From: an uncultured Clostridia bacterium
Lineage (GTDB): Bacteria > Bacillota > Clostridia > TANB77 > CAG-508
Assembly: GCA_944392545.1 (NCBI GenBank)
Contig: CALXWW010000004.1
Location: 28,487 to 92,486, forward strand
Direction: 5' to 3'
DNA: 64,000 nucleotides
Below the pieces are notes generated by a model, which was not told the origin of the DNA, did no database searches, and was given only the letters and a program-made list of their open reading frames with translations. Every line of letters starts with the position of its first letter. The first letter of the stretch is position 1. Shown here one piece after another: positions 30,744 to 41,979 of this stretch. The translations under genes were made by a program, and so were the position numbers.

Positions 30744-32144
30744 CTATATCTTCTCTACTGTCATTCCATCCTTTGTATCTTTAACAACATAGCCCTTTTC
30801 CTTTAAATTGTCTCTTATCTCATCTGATAATTTCCAATTTTTTTCTTCTCTTGCTCTTTTTCTTTTTTCTAATAATTGTTTAATCTCTTCTGGTAATTCT
30901 AATTTTTTTTGACTTTCTATATATTTTTCAGAATTTATTAAATCTAGTCCTAGTACTTGATCGAAATCTATTAATAAATCCGCTATTTTATTAGATTTTA
31001 CTTCACTTCTAACAAGTTCCCATATAATTCCCATAGCTAATGGTATATTTAAATCATCATTTATCGCTTCTAAAAATTTATTCTTGTATTCTTTTATCAA
31101 GCTTTCTTCTACATTATCATTTCCTTTTTTATGTCTTATATAACCTTCTCTTAATCTATTTAATGCTTTTTGTGATGCCAAAGCACCTTCAAATGTAAAA
31201 TTTAATTTCGTTCTGTAATGTGCTGTATAGCAAAATAGTTTATATGCTAAAGGTTCTATACCTTTTCTTTCTAAATCAGATATAGTATATACATTGCCTA
31301 AACTTTTTGACATTTTTCCACCATCAACTTGTAGAAATTCTACATGCATCCAAGTTTTTGCAGGTACTTTACCAAAAGCCCCTTTGCTTTGAGCTATCTC
31401 GTTTTCATGGTGTGTTGGTATATGATCTACTCCTCCTGTATGTATGTCAAATACTTCTCCTAAGTACTTTTGGGACATAGCAGAACATTCCAAATGCCAT
31501 CCAGGATATGATAATCCCCATGGACTATCCCACTTCATTATATGACTTTCTGGTGCTTTTATCCAAATTGCAAAATCATATGGATTTCTTTTTTCTGGGT
31601 CTACATCTACTCTCGCACCAGCAATTTGATCGTCCACATTTCTATTTGATAATACTGGATACTTATCTAATTTTGATACATCAAAATATATAGCTGTACT
31701 TGTTTCATATCCATATCCATTCTCCACAATTTTTTTAGCAAATTCCAGCATTTCTGGTATATGTTCTGTTGCTTTTGCAATTATTTCTGGTTTATCTATA
31801 TTTAATTTGTCCATGTCTTTAAAAAATGCTTTTGTGTAGAATTCTGCTATTTCATAAGGACTTTTCTGTTCTTTTCTTGCTGCTTTCAACATTTTATCTT
31901 CGCCCTCATCTGCATCTGATTCTAAATGTCCAACATCAGTTATATTCATTACGTGTTTTAATGTATAACCACTATATTTTAAAACTCTTCTTAAACTATC
32001 CATGAATACATAAGTTCTGAAATTACCTATATGAGCATAACTATACACTGTTGGCCCACATGAATATATTCTAACTTCATTCCCCTCTAGGGGAACAAAG
32101 TCATTTTTTTGTTTATTTAATGTATTATATAGCTTTATTTTCAT
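30744..32144 (-). CDS. cysS: Cysteinyl-tRNA synthetase
   Basis: HIGN (IGNFRTYVF) and KMSKS (KMSKSLGN) class I motifs. 466 aa. Confidence 0.95.
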   Translation of the reverse strand: MKIKLYNTLNKQKNDFVPLEGNEVRIYSCGPTVYSYAHIGNFRTYVFMDSLRRVLKYSGYTLKHVMNITDVGHLESDADEGEDKMLKAARKEQKSPYEIAEFYTKAFFKDMDKLNIDKPEIIAKATEHIPEMLEFAKKIVENGYGYETSTAIYFDVSKLDKYPVLSNRNVDDQIAGARVDVDPEKRNPYDFAIWIKAPESHIMKWDSPWGLSYPGWHLECSAMSQKYLGEVFDIHTGGVDHIPTHHENEIAQSKGAFGKVPAKTWMHVEFLQVDGGKMSKSLGNVYTISDLERKGIEPLAYKLFCYTAHYRTKLNFTFEGALASQKALNRLREGYIRHKKGNDNVEESLIKEYKNKFLEAINDDLNIPLAMGIIWELVRSEVKSNKIADLLIDFDQVLGLDLINSEKYIESQKKLELPEEIKQLLEKRKRAREEKNWKLSDEIRDNLKEKGYVVKDTKDGMTVEKI

Positions 32145-32165
32145 AAACCTCTCCTTAAAGTAATT

Positions 32166-34787
32166 TTAATTGATTGTATTTGTGTCTACTACTTCGTTTA
32201 CTTCTTCAACCTCATTTCCATCTGGTGGAATTGGTTCTTCCGGCTCTTCTGGTTCTTCTTTTACATCATTTACAGTAAGTATTATTGTGCCACCTTTTTT
32301 TAATTTTGTTCCTTCTTCTATATTTTGCTCTAATATAATTCCATTTGGTTTTGAGTCATCAGTACTATATATAATTTGTATATTAAGTCCGCTTAAAGCT
32401 TTTCTTGCTTCTGATATTGTCATTCCAACTACATCTTCTACTGTTATTGTCATTGTTTTTTCCGTATGCTTTGTACAAGTATCTTTTATTTCCTCATACT
32501 TTTTACCAGCATTAGTTTTCCAACTTGGATTTACTTCTTTTTCTGGTGTAGATAGGTATGTTTTCTTTTCAGTTTCTGGGCAATACTCTGTTGCAAGTTT
32601 TCCTGTTTCTTTACATACATTTACTGTTTTGTGACCATCACATTTTCCTGGCACAGTTCCTGATACAAATACTTCTGTATATGTTCTTGTACATTCATCT
32701 GTAGCTGCCCTTCCTGAATCCATACATATTTTAGCTGTCACAATGTTGCTTGGTCTTTTAAAGTCTTTTCCTTCTAAATCTTCATGGATATCGGTCATTA
32801 CATTTGACCATATTGTTTTCGCTTGATTTCCATAATAACCTACTGATTCTTTGTAATCATAACCATACCATGTTGCTGCCGAATAATATGGTGTAAATCC
32901 ACAAAGCCAATAATCGTTATAATCTGTCGTAGTACCTGTTTTTGCTGCAACTTCCATTCCAGGTATTGTACAATCCCAAGCTGTACCTCCACTTGTTGTT
33001 GGTGCAGTCAATATTTCTGATAATACATAAGCATTTCCTTCTGTCATTACTCTTCTTGTTTCTTGTTTTGCTTCCAATATTACATTTCCATTTGCATCTT
33101 CTACTTTAGTATAAAATGTTGGCTCAATATATTCTCCGCCACGTGCAATCATTGCATAAGCTGCTGCCATTTGTAGTGGAGATGAACCATTTGTACTGCC
33201 TCCTAATACTAATGTTAGCATTGAGTCTTCATCTTTATTAAAGTTAGTTAAGCCTACCTCATTTAAAAATTCTACTGCTCTATCTGTCCCAACATTTGAA
33301 AGTATTTTTAAGTTTACTATATTTGAAGAATTTTTTATAGCATCTCTTACAGTTGTTAATCCTAAATATCCTGTTGAATTTCCTGGATTATAATCCCCAA
33401 AAGTAGTTGGCGAATCATCATATACGGTGGCCGCAGTAATTACATCATCTTCTAATCCTGGTGCTACAGCTGCAAGTGGTTTTATTGAAGAACCTGGTTG
33501 TCTATTTAAATTTGATGCTCTATTTGTACCATAAGTTGGTGAATCTTTTCCCAGACCTCCTACAGATCCTACTACTTGACCGTTAGTATGATCTATTATT
33601 ACCATTGCAGACTGAGTATGTTCTCCTTCTCTTTCAGATGAATCATGTATATAGTAATCATCTAAATATTCTTTTTCTAATCTTTTTTGTATGTCATTGT
33701 CCTGTGTTGTATATATTTTATATCCATTGTTATATACTCTTGTTTTAGCTGCGTCATAATTCATATCGTATTCTTCCATCATGTCTTCTATGACTTGTTC
33801 TATTGCATCTACTTCTAAGAAAGATAAATCTGATGTTTCAGAAAACTTTCCTTCTTTAAATTTTAATCCTTCATTTACTTCAGCTATTGCTTCATCATAT
33901 TGTTCTTGCGTTATGAAAGTATTACCATCTTGGTCTTTTACTTCTAGCATTTGTCCTAGAACAGTTTTTGTTCTTGTTTTTATATCTTCTTCATTGTCCT
34001 CACCTTCAAATGGATTATAATAGTTTGGTGAATGGTTTATTCCTGCCAAAAAAGCTGACTCGGCCAAACTTAATTCATCCGCTGATTTATCAAAATAGTA
34101 ATTTGCCCCACTTTCTACTCCATAGACTGTACCACCCATAAATATTTCATTTAAGTACAATTCTAGTATCTGGCTTTTTGATATCATTTTTTCAACTTTA
34201 TATGCACGTGACCATTCTCTTATTTTTCTTTCTATGCTGTCTTCATCATCATCCAATAAGTTTTTAACTAATTGCTGTGTAATGGTACTTCCACCAAATG
34301 AAGAATTACCACCATTTAGTACATATGTAACTATTGCACCTGCTGTTCTGTATAAATCTATTCCGCTATGCTCGTAAAATCTTTCGTCTTCTATCGCTAT
34401 AAACGCTTTTGGAATATATTCTCCCATTTCTGATAATGATATTATTTGTCTATTTTCTTCTCCTGCAAGTTTATGAAGTAATTTTCCTTTATTATTATAT
34501 GTACTTGAATTTTGCATTTTTATTACTAAATCTGATTCTGATATTTCCCAAGTATCTCCAAAGAATATCGCTGCAAATGCACCAACTGCTGCTAAACATA
34601 ACAAAATACATAAAATTATAAATATTTTTATGAATTTACGAAGTTTAGGGTGTTTCTTTTCTTTTTTTGCTTTTTTTCCTTTAACTTTTTTCATTTTCTT
34701 TGTGTCCTCATCGTTACTTCTTTTTCCATTTCTACTATTTGGATTTTGAATTTTATACATTTTCGTTTTATCATCTTCTCCTGGCAT
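32166..34787 (-). CDS. Class A penicillin-binding protein (bifunctional transglycosylase/transpeptidase) with C-terminal PASTA domain
   Basis: GT51 motifs EDERFYEHSGID and GGSTITQQLVKN. Transpeptidase domain. C-terminal PASTA (VVGMTISEARKALSGLNIQ). 873 aa. Confidence 0.9.
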   Translation of the reverse strand: MPGEDDKTKMYKIQNPNSRNGKRSNDEDTKKMKKVKGKKAKKEKKHPKLRKFIKIFIILCILLCLAAVGAFAAIFFGDTWEISESDLVIKMQNSSTYNNKGKLLHKLAGEENRQIISLSEMGEYIPKAFIAIEDERFYEHSGIDLYRTAGAIVTYVLNGGNSSFGGSTITQQLVKNLLDDDEDSIERKIREWSRAYKVEKMISKSQILELYLNEIFMGGTVYGVESGANYYFDKSADELSLAESAFLAGINHSPNYYNPFEGEDNEEDIKTRTKTVLGQMLEVKDQDGNTFITQEQYDEAIAEVNEGLKFKEGKFSETSDLSFLEVDAIEQVIEDMMEEYDMNYDAAKTRVYNNGYKIYTTQDNDIQKRLEKEYLDDYYIHDSSEREGEHTQSAMVIIDHTNGQVVGSVGGLGKDSPTYGTNRASNLNRQPGSSIKPLAAVAPGLEDDVITAATVYDDSPTTFGDYNPGNSTGYLGLTTVRDAIKNSSNIVNLKILSNVGTDRAVEFLNEVGLTNFNKDEDSMLTLVLGGSTNGSSPLQMAAAYAMIARGGEYIEPTFYTKVEDANGNVILEAKQETRRVMTEGNAYVLSEILTAPTTSGGTAWDCTIPGMEVAAKTGTTTDYNDYWLCGFTPYYSAATWYGYDYKESVGYYGNQAKTIWSNVMTDIHEDLEGKDFKRPSNIVTAKICMDSGRAATDECTRTYTEVFVSGTVPGKCDGHKTVNVCKETGKLATEYCPETEKKTYLSTPEKEVNPSWKTNAGKKYEEIKDTCTKHTEKTMTITVEDVVGMTISEARKALSGLNIQIIYSTDDSKPNGIILEQNIEEGTKLKKGGTIILTVNDVKEEPEEPEEPIPPDGNEVEEVNEVVDTNTIN

Positions 34788-34971
34788 GATAAACCTCCTT
34801 TGATTAAGTGTATTTTTGTCTATTATTCCTTATATAAATTTACTCATTTATTATATAATATATTAATTAAAAATGAAAGCTTTTTAATAAATTTTTAATA
34901 AATTCCGATAGTATCATAATTGATAATATAAAAAAGGCAAACTTTATTAAGTCTGCCCTTTTATTATATCT

Positions 34972-35508
34972 TTACTCCATATCCTTTATATTTCTCATAA
35001 ATATAAAGCTTTCTATTAAATCCATTATTGCATATACTAAAATTATTATTCCTATAGTAATTATTAATGCAGCTGGATAGAATGTTACATATATTCCACC
35101 AATTATCATTAATATTGATAATAATAGAACAAATGCCCATATTTTTTCGTTTACATTTTTCAATTTAAATGATAATGTAAGTCTTGTAAACCCACTATAT
35201 ATAATCCAAATTCCTATCATAATTCTAAATATATTTTCTATCGTACTACTATATACGATTACTACAAGTCCTATCAGAATTGAGATTATTCCTAAAGCAA
35301 TATCATTGTTAAATAAACTAGAATTTCCTTTCATTACAAAATAGTTTATTAATTTTATTACTCCAAGTACTATAAAGAATATTCCTAATACTGTAGAAAT
35401 AAATTGCATAGTAGTTTGTGGGTTATATATCATAACCAAGCCAATAAATGCTAATACCAATGAAGTTATTATTGAAGTCCATCCCGCTTTTTTCAAAAAT
35501 TTCTCCAT
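34972..35508 (-). CDS. HdeD/DUF308 family membrane protein
   Basis: 178 aa, 6 predicted TM helices with the DUF308 periodicity. Confidence 0.45.
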   Translation of the reverse strand: MEKFLKKAGWTSIITSLVLAFIGLVMIYNPQTTMQFISTVLGIFFIVLGVIKLINYFVMKGNSSLFNNDIALGIISILIGLVVIVYSSTIENIFRIMIGIWIIYSGFTRLTLSFKLKNVNEKIWAFVLLLSILMIIGGIYVTFYPAALIITIGIIILVYAIMDLIESFIFMRNIKDME

Positions 35509-35538
35509 ATATTATTACCTCCTATTGCAATATTTATG

Positions 35539-36849
35539 TTATGCAGTCGTTACATTGTTTTTAGTAGATACTCTTTTACTTATATTATTTTTTCTTGACA
35601 CTTCTCTTGTATTGTTAATAACAAGTTTTGGTGATGCACCATTTAAAACAGTTTCTTTTGTAACAATACATTTTTCTATTTTAGGATTTGATGGTATTTC
35701 AAACATGATATCTCTCATTATTTCTTCTATAATAGAACGTAAACCTCTTGCACCAGTTTTCCTCTCTATTGCTTTATCAACAATTGATTCTAATGCTTCT
35801 GATTCGAATTCTAATTCTACATTATCCATTTTTAAAAGTTTTTTATATTGTTTTACTAAAGCATTTTTTGGTTTTGTTACAATATCTATTAACGCTTTTC
35901 TATTTAATTCTTCAAGTGTTGCGATTATTGGCAAACGTCCTACAAATTCTGGAATTAATCCAAATTTCAATAAATCTTGTGGTAATAATTGTTCAAACAC
36001 CTTGTATTTATCTATATCCTTGTTACTTTCTATTGTAGCACCAAACCCAATAGATTTTTTGCCTATTCTTTCTTTTACAATATTTTCTAATCCTTCAAAT
36101 GCACCTCCACATATAAATAATATATTTGAAGTATTAACTTGTAAAAATTCTTGATGTGGATGCTTTCTTCCACCTTGTGGTGGTACAGACGCTGTTGTTC
36201 CTTCTATTATTTTAAGTAACGCTTGTTGTACTCCTTCCCCACTTACGTCTCTTGTTATAGATGGATTTTCTGATTTTCTCGAAATTTTATCTATTTCATC
36301 TATATATATAATTCCTTTCTCTGCTTTCTCTATGTCATAATCTGCTGCTTGAACTAGTTTTAATAATATGTTTTCTACATCTTCTCCAACATATCCTGCC
36401 TCTGTAAGTGTTGTAGCATCAGCTATTGCAAATGGTACTTTCAATATTTTAGCAAGTGTTTGAGCAAGTAGTGTTTTTCCACATCCTGTTGGTCCAAGTA
36501 ATAGAACATTACTTTTTTGAAGTTCTACATCATCTTTTTCTTCATTGCTATTTATACGTTTATAATGGTTATATACTGCAACTGCCAAAGTCTTCTTTGC
36601 TTCTTCCTGTCCTATTACATATGTGTCTAATATGGATTTAATTTCCGCCGGGCTTGGTAATTCTTCTTTTTCTGTTGTTGTGTATGTTATTTCGTCTTCT
36701 TCATATAAATCGTCTTCTACTATACTTGAACAAACTTTTATACAATCACTACAAATATATACTCCTGGTCCAGCTATTATTCTATCTACCTCATCTTGTG
36801 ATTTTCCACAAAAAGAACATCTTACATTTTTTTGCTTATTGTTTGACAT
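35539..36849 (-). CDS. clpX: ATP-dependent Clp protease ATP-binding subunit ClpX
   Basis: N-terminal zinc finger CSFCGKSQ...CSDC. Walker A GPTGCGKT. Start placed at MSNNKQ with an AAAGGAA RBS. Confidence 0.95.
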   Translation of the reverse strand: MSNNKQKNVRCSFCGKSQDEVDRIIAGPGVYICSDCIKVCSSIVEDDLYEEDEITYTTTEKEELPSPAEIKSILDTYVIGQEEAKKTLAVAVYNHYKRINSNEEKDDVELQKSNVLLLGPTGCGKTLLAQTLAKILKVPFAIADATTLTEAGYVGEDVENILLKLVQAADYDIEKAEKGIIYIDEIDKISRKSENPSITRDVSGEGVQQALLKIIEGTTASVPPQGGRKHPHQEFLQVNTSNILFICGGAFEGLENIVKERIGKKSIGFGATIESNKDIDKYKVFEQLLPQDLLKFGLIPEFVGRLPIIATLEELNRKALIDIVTKPKNALVKQYKKLLKMDNVELEFESEALESIVDKAIERKTGARGLRSIIEEIMRDIMFEIPSNPKIEKCIVTKETVLNGASPKLVINNTREVSRKNNISKRVSTKNNVTTA

Positions 36850-36908
36850 TTTCATTTCCTTTCTCATTTTATTTTTTTATCTTTTAGTTCTTTTAATTAT
36901 TCTAAATA

Positions 36909-37511
36909 TTATTTTCTTTTATCCATGATACCATCTATAAGTCCATATTTTAAAGCCTCTTCTGCTGTCATATAATTATCTCTTTCAGTGTCTCTCATAA
37001 TTGTCTCTAAACTTTGGCCTGTTCTTTCACTTAATAATTTATTTAATTTTTCTCTGGTTTTTACCATATGGTCTGCATGTATTTTAATTTCTGTTGTTTG
37101 TCCTGATAGTCCTCCACCTGCTATTAATGGTTGGTGAATTAATATTTCTGCATTAGGTGTTGCAAATCTCTTTCCTTTTTCTCCTGATGCTAAAAGTACT
37201 GCACCCATACTAGCTGCCATACCTATACAAATAGTTGTTACTGGGCATTTTATGTAGTTCATTGTATCTACAATTCCCATTCCGTCTGTAATTGATCCAC
37301 CAGGGCTATTTATGTATAAACTAATTTCTCTATCAGGATCTTCTGACTCTAAAAATAACAATTGTGCTATAACTAAGCTTGCTGATGTTGGATTTACATC
37401 TTCCCCTAAAAATATTATTCTGTCTTTTAATAATCTTGAGAAAATATCATATGATCTTTCTCCTTTTGCTGTTTGTTCTATAACATATGGAACTAAACTG
37501 TTTCTCTCCAT
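36909..37511 (-). CDS. clpP: ATP-dependent Clp protease proteolytic subunit ClpP
   Basis: [30 protein letters not shown] and the catalytic Ser region GMAASMG. 200 aa. Confidence 0.95.
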   Translation of the reverse strand: MERNSLVPYVIEQTAKGERSYDIFSRLLKDRIIFLGEDVNPTSASLVIAQLLFLESEDPDREISLYINSPGGSITDGMGIVDTMNYIKCPVTTICIGMAASMGAVLLASGEKGKRFATPNAEILIHQPLIAGGGLSGQTTEIKIHADHMVKTREKLNKLLSERTGQSLETIMRDTERDNYMTAEEALKYGLIDGIMDKRK

Positions 37512-37705
37512 TCTTAAATTCCTCCAATCTAAATTTTTAAAGATTATCTTTTGATATCTTTATTTTTATTATTTAATTATGTATTTAAAAATTAATCTTA
37601 AACATCTTTTATGTTTAAAAAACTAAAAAAGGTCAGTGGCAAAATTTCTTTATTTTATATTCAGCATATATAATAAATATATTTCCCCCTAACCTTCTAT
37701 ATTAA

Positions 37706-38989
37706 TTATTTCTTCTTTGCATTTTTAACTATAAATTCTATTGCTTTTTGTGTTTTTATATTATTTTCTATGTATTCTTTTAGTTCTTTATTTTCTAGAA
37801 GCTCTTCTTCTTTTCTTCCATATTGTTTTGCCATTTCTTTTACTTTTTCGCTAACTTCTTCTGGTGTAACTTCAAAGTTTTCAGCTTTTACTATAGCTTC
37901 TAATACTAATCTAGATTTTATAGATTTTTCAGCTTGTTCTTTAAAGTTTTCTCTCATGTCAGCTTCAGTTTTACCCATTATTTGAAGATATTGATTTAGA
38001 TTTAAACCTTGATATGATAATCTTGTTTCCATATCTTTTATCATATTATCAATTTCTAATTCTATCATACCATTTGGAATATCTAATTTTGTATTATCAC
38101 ATACAACTTTTATTGCTTCTTCTTCTGTCTCATATTTAGATTTTTCTGCATTTTCTGTATCTAATTTTTCTTTTATACTATTTTTTAATTCAGAAACAGT
38201 ATCAAATTCACTAACATCTTTAGCAAATTCATCATCTATTTTTGGTAATTCTTTTTTCTTTATTTCATGTAGTTTTACTTTAAATACAGCATCTTTTCCT
38301 GCTAAGTCTTTTGAAAAATAATCTTCTGGGAACTTAACTTTTATATCTTTTTCTTCCTCTAATTTCATACCAATTATTTGGTCTTCAAACCCTGGTATAA
38401 ATGTATTACTTCCTATTTCTAATTCATGATTTTCAGCTTTTCCACCTTCGAATTGAACACCATCTATAGAACCTTCGAAATCTATAGTTGTAATATCTCC
38501 TTTTTCTACTGGTCTATCTTCAACAGTTACTAGTCTCGCATTTCTTTCAGCCATATGACCTAATTCATGTTCTATATCTTTGTCTGTTGTAGTATACTCT
38601 ATTTTTTTAATTTCTATACCTTTATATTTTCCAAGTTCTACTTCTGGCTTTGTTTCAACTGTTGCTGTAAAGATTAGTTCCTTACCTTTTTCCATTTGAA
38701 CTATATCTATATTTGGTCTGCTAACAGCTTCAATTTTATTTTCTTTTATAGCTTCATCGTATATCTCTGGCACTAATTCATTAAAAGCATCTTCATAAAA
38801 TATAGCTGAACCATATTGTCTTTCAACTAATTGCATTGGTGCTTTTCCCTTTCTAAATCCAGGTATATTAAAATATTTTGATGTTTTTGTATATACCTTT
38901 TTCATTGCTTCCTCAAATTTTTCTGCTTCGATATTAAATGTTAATTTAACTTCATTTTTGTTTTCTGTATTTTCTACTTTTACGCTCAT
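37706..38989 (-). CDS. tig: Trigger factor
   Basis: Ribosome-binding GFRKGKAP motif. Start placed at MSVKVEN (AAAGGAATG RBS). Confidence 0.95.
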   Translation of the reverse strand: MSVKVENTENKNEVKLTFNIEAEKFEEAMKKVYTKTSKYFNIPGFRKGKAPMQLVERQYGSAIFYEDAFNELVPEIYDEAIKENKIEAVSRPNIDIVQMEKGKELIFTATVETKPEVELGKYKGIEIKKIEYTTTDKDIEHELGHMAERNARLVTVEDRPVEKGDITTIDFEGSIDGVQFEGGKAENHELEIGSNTFIPGFEDQIIGMKLEEEKDIKVKFPEDYFSKDLAGKDAVFKVKLHEIKKKELPKIDDEFAKDVSEFDTVSELKNSIKEKLDTENAEKSKYETEEEAIKVVCDNTKLDIPNGMIELEIDNMIKDMETRLSYQGLNLNQYLQIMGKTEADMRENFKEQAEKSIKSRLVLEAIVKAENFEVTPEEVSEKVKEMAKQYGRKEEELLENKELKEYIENNIKTQKAIEFIVKNAKKK

Positions 38990-39139
38990 TTTTTTCATTC
39001 CTTTCATGTTATATTTATAATAAGCTTAATTATTATATCACATTTTTTTCATTTTGCAATAGTTTACATATCTTTTTCAATATTTTACTACAATATTATA
39101 TGACATATTGTGAATATGGGTTATTGCGTATTTACTATA

Positions 39140-39397
39140 TTAATAAATAATATTACTACTTTCAAATAAGTTTGCATTATACGAATTTGTATTATCATTA
39201 TTTATTTGCTCATTATTTAGTGTGTTACGATTAAACCAACTTTCTATTGTATTTGAACTTTCGTGATAGTCGTAACCAGTTTCATACATTAAATCTTTAA
39301 CTTTATTTGTTCCCAATACTAATATAGAAGTTACAATAGCAATTAATAATATTATACCTATAAACATCGGAATATTAATTTCAATATTTCTTCCCAT
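39140..39397 (-). CDS. Small hypothetical membrane-anchored protein
   Basis: 85 aa, N-terminal TM helix, Asn-rich tail. Confidence 0.3.
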   Translation of the reverse strand: MGRNIEINIPMFIGIILLIAIVTSILVLGTNKVKDLMYETGYDYHESSNTIESWFNRNTLNNEQINNDNTNSYNANLFESSNIIY

Positions 39398-39408
39398 ATC
39401 TATTCTCC

Positions 39409-40113
39409 TTATATCTCTATTAAATCAAATTTCAAATAATCTGCACTTATTAACTTATATTCAATTCCTTGTACATTTCCTTCTATTGCATCTTTATGTG
39501 AAGTTCCATGTAAATGTCCATAATAGCACCTATGTATATTATACTTTTCTAATGTCTTAACAAAGTCTGTTTTTTCAGTAATTCCATTAACATTTCTATT
39601 AATTGGTGGATAGTGCATAAACACTATAATTTCTTTATCTTTTCCAAATCTATTTATTCCATCTTGTATTGATAATTCCAATCTTGCATTTTCTCTTTTT
39701 ACCATTTTACTATCACTGTCTGTATCTTGTATATTCCATCCTCTTGTTCCAGCAATTATTCTATTATCTATTAAATAGCTATTATTGTACAAAAATTCTA
39801 TGCTTGCATAACTATTTTCTTTTAAAAATTTATTCATTTTTGATACAGTTGTCCACCAATAATCATGATTTCCTTTTAATAATATTTTTTTACCCGGCAA
39901 ATTACTTAAATATTCAAAGTCCAATTTAGTATCTTCTAAATTCATCTCCCATGAAAAATCACCTGGAAGAATTATATAGTCTTCTTGTCTTACTTTTTTT
40001 ATCCAATTATCCTTTATCTTTTCAGCATGATTTTCCCAATTATCTCCAAATATATCCATCGGTTTATTATGTAAGAATGATAAATGTAAATCTGCTATTG
40101 CATATATCGACAT
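39409..40113 (-). CDS. Calcineurin-like metallophosphoesterase family protein
   Basis: MSIYAIADLHLSF, GDFSWE and GNHDYWW motifs. 234 aa. Confidence 0.7.
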   Translation of the reverse strand: MSIYAIADLHLSFLHNKPMDIFGDNWENHAEKIKDNWIKKVRQEDYIILPGDFSWEMNLEDTKLDFEYLSNLPGKKILLKGNHDYWWTTVSKMNKFLKENSYASIEFLYNNSYLIDNRIIAGTRGWNIQDTDSDSKMVKRENARLELSIQDGINRFGKDKEIIVFMHYPPINRNVNGITEKTDFVKTLEKYNIHRCYYGHLHGTSHKDAIEGNVQGIEYKLISADYLKFDLIEI

Positions 40114-40133
40114 TTTAAACTCCTATCTATATA

Positions 40134-41139
40134 TTAACTATTCTGATCTTGTATTTTTAAGTTTGGTACTGCATTTAATTCTAAATCAGATACTACTCCA
40201 GATATATATCTATAATACCCAGCTGAAGCTATCATAGCGGCATTATCGGTACACAATATTGGATCAGGATAATATATTTTATACCCGTCATTTTCTAGTT
40301 TTACAAATTGTTTTCTAATATATGAATTTGCTGATACTCCTCCTGCTAGAGCAATAGTTTTTGTTCCAAGTTCTTTTGCTGCCTTCAAACTATTTGTTAC
40401 TAATATATCTGTTACATATTTTTCAAAACTTGCACATAAGTCAGCTTTATTTATATCTGGATTTTTATGATGTAAATTTATTATAGCTGTTTTTACTCCA
40501 CTAAAGCTAAAATCTAATCCATCAATATGTGTTTTAGGTAATTCTATGTTAGGTTCCCCTTCTTTCGCTAAATTATCTACTTTTGGTCCTCCAGGATATC
40601 CAAGACCGGATAACTCTAGCCACTTTGTCGAAAGCTTCTCCTATTGCATCATCCCTAGTTTTCCCTATTATTTCAAATTTATCATAATCTTTAATATGTA
40701 CTAAATGAGTATGACCACCAGAGATTATTAAACATAAAAATGGTGGTTTTAATTCCTTATGTGTTATGTAATTAGCTGCAATATGTCCTTCTATATGATT
40801 TGTCCCCGTTAGAGGCTTATTTAAAGCATAGCTTAATCCTTTCGCATATGATACCCCTACGAGTAGCGCGCCTACTAATCCAGGTCCATATGTGCATGCT
40901 ATATTATCTATATCTTTATAAGTAATTCCTGCTTCTTTTATTGCTTGCTCTGCTACACCAGAAATGGCTTCTATATGATTTCTAGAAGCTATTTCTGGTA
41001 CAACACCTCCAAATTTTTCGTGTATCCTTATTTGTGAGTTTATAACATTCGATAAAACCTCTCTACCGTTTTTCACTACTGCTACAGAGGTTTCATCGCA
41101 ACTTGATTCAATTCCTAATGTAATTATATCTTTCATCAT
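40134..41139 (-). pseudogene. tsaD: tRNA N6-adenosine threonylcarbamoyltransferase TsaD (Kae1/Gcp), disrupted by a 1-bp insertion at about 40611
   Basis: N-terminal 178 aa ([10 protein letters not shown]...[10 protein letters not shown]) read in one frame. The remaining C-terminal portion ([18 protein letters not shown]...DNAAMIASAGYY) continues without stops in the +1 frame. The span is 1006 nt, which is 3n+1. Confidence 0.75.
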
Positions 41140-41155
41140 TTCTCCTATTTTTAAG

Positions 41156-41923
41156 CTATATTATTCCAAATATTTGCATAAATAAATATGTTAAACCTTC
41201 ATTAACGCCTAAAATTATTGGTCTTACTATTAAACTTAATATTCCTACAATCCACAATGCTATAAATATTATTTCAAATATTTGACTATGTGATTCAATC
41301 CAATTTCTCGCATTGTATGGTAAAAATCCACATAATATTTTTGAACCATCTAGCGGTGGTAATGGAATTAGGTTAAATACTCCTAAACCTATATTGATTG
41401 CTACTATACTTTGTACTATACTAATTGCAATTCTTACTGCTTGACTTGAAGCTAAAATAGTAATTCCGTTTATCCCATTAACTACACTTACCCCTGGTAC
41501 TAATAATACTAGTAAGCAAAAAATAATTTCAAATACAATTGCTAGTATAAAATTCATTAATGGCCCAGCAGCTGATACAATAGCTTCTGCTTTAGAAAGA
41601 GACATATTTCTATTAAAATTTCTTGGATTTATCTCAACAGGTTTTCCCCATCCAAATCCTGCAAATACTAACATTATTGTACCAAATAAATCTAAATGTT
41701 TGAATGGATTTAAATTCAATCTTCCCTGTCTTCTTGGAGTATCATCTCCTAATTTGTCTGCTACGAAAGCATGAGCAAATTCATGAAATGTTATTGCGAT
41801 TATTATTCCTGGTATAGAAATAACAAACGCAAGTAACGCATCTTCACTTGAAAGTAGGCTCATTAAAGAGCTAAATAGCATTAATGCTATGATTAAAAAT
41901 ATAAATCTTCTATCTATATACAT
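41156..41923 (-). CDS. Site-2 protease family (peptidase M50) membrane metalloprotease
   Basis: HEFAHA zinc motif in a TM helix. Downstream LDGSK motif. 255 aa. Confidence 0.8.
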   Translation of the reverse strand: MYIDRRFIFLIIALMLFSSLMSLLSSEDALLAFVISIPGIIIAITFHEFAHAFVADKLGDDTPRRQGRLNLNPFKHLDLFGTIMLVFAGFGWGKPVEINPRNFNRNMSLSKAEAIVSAAGPLMNFILAIVFEIIFCLLVLLVPGVSVVNGINGITILASSQAVRIAISIVQSIVAINIGLGVFNLIPLPPLDGSKILCGFLPYNARNWIESHSQIFEIIFIALWIVGILSLIVRPIILGVNEGLTYLFMQIFGII

Positions 41924-41979
41924 AATCGATTTTCCTTTTCTAATATATTTAAGTAAATTTTCCCCATAATCTGCTTATC

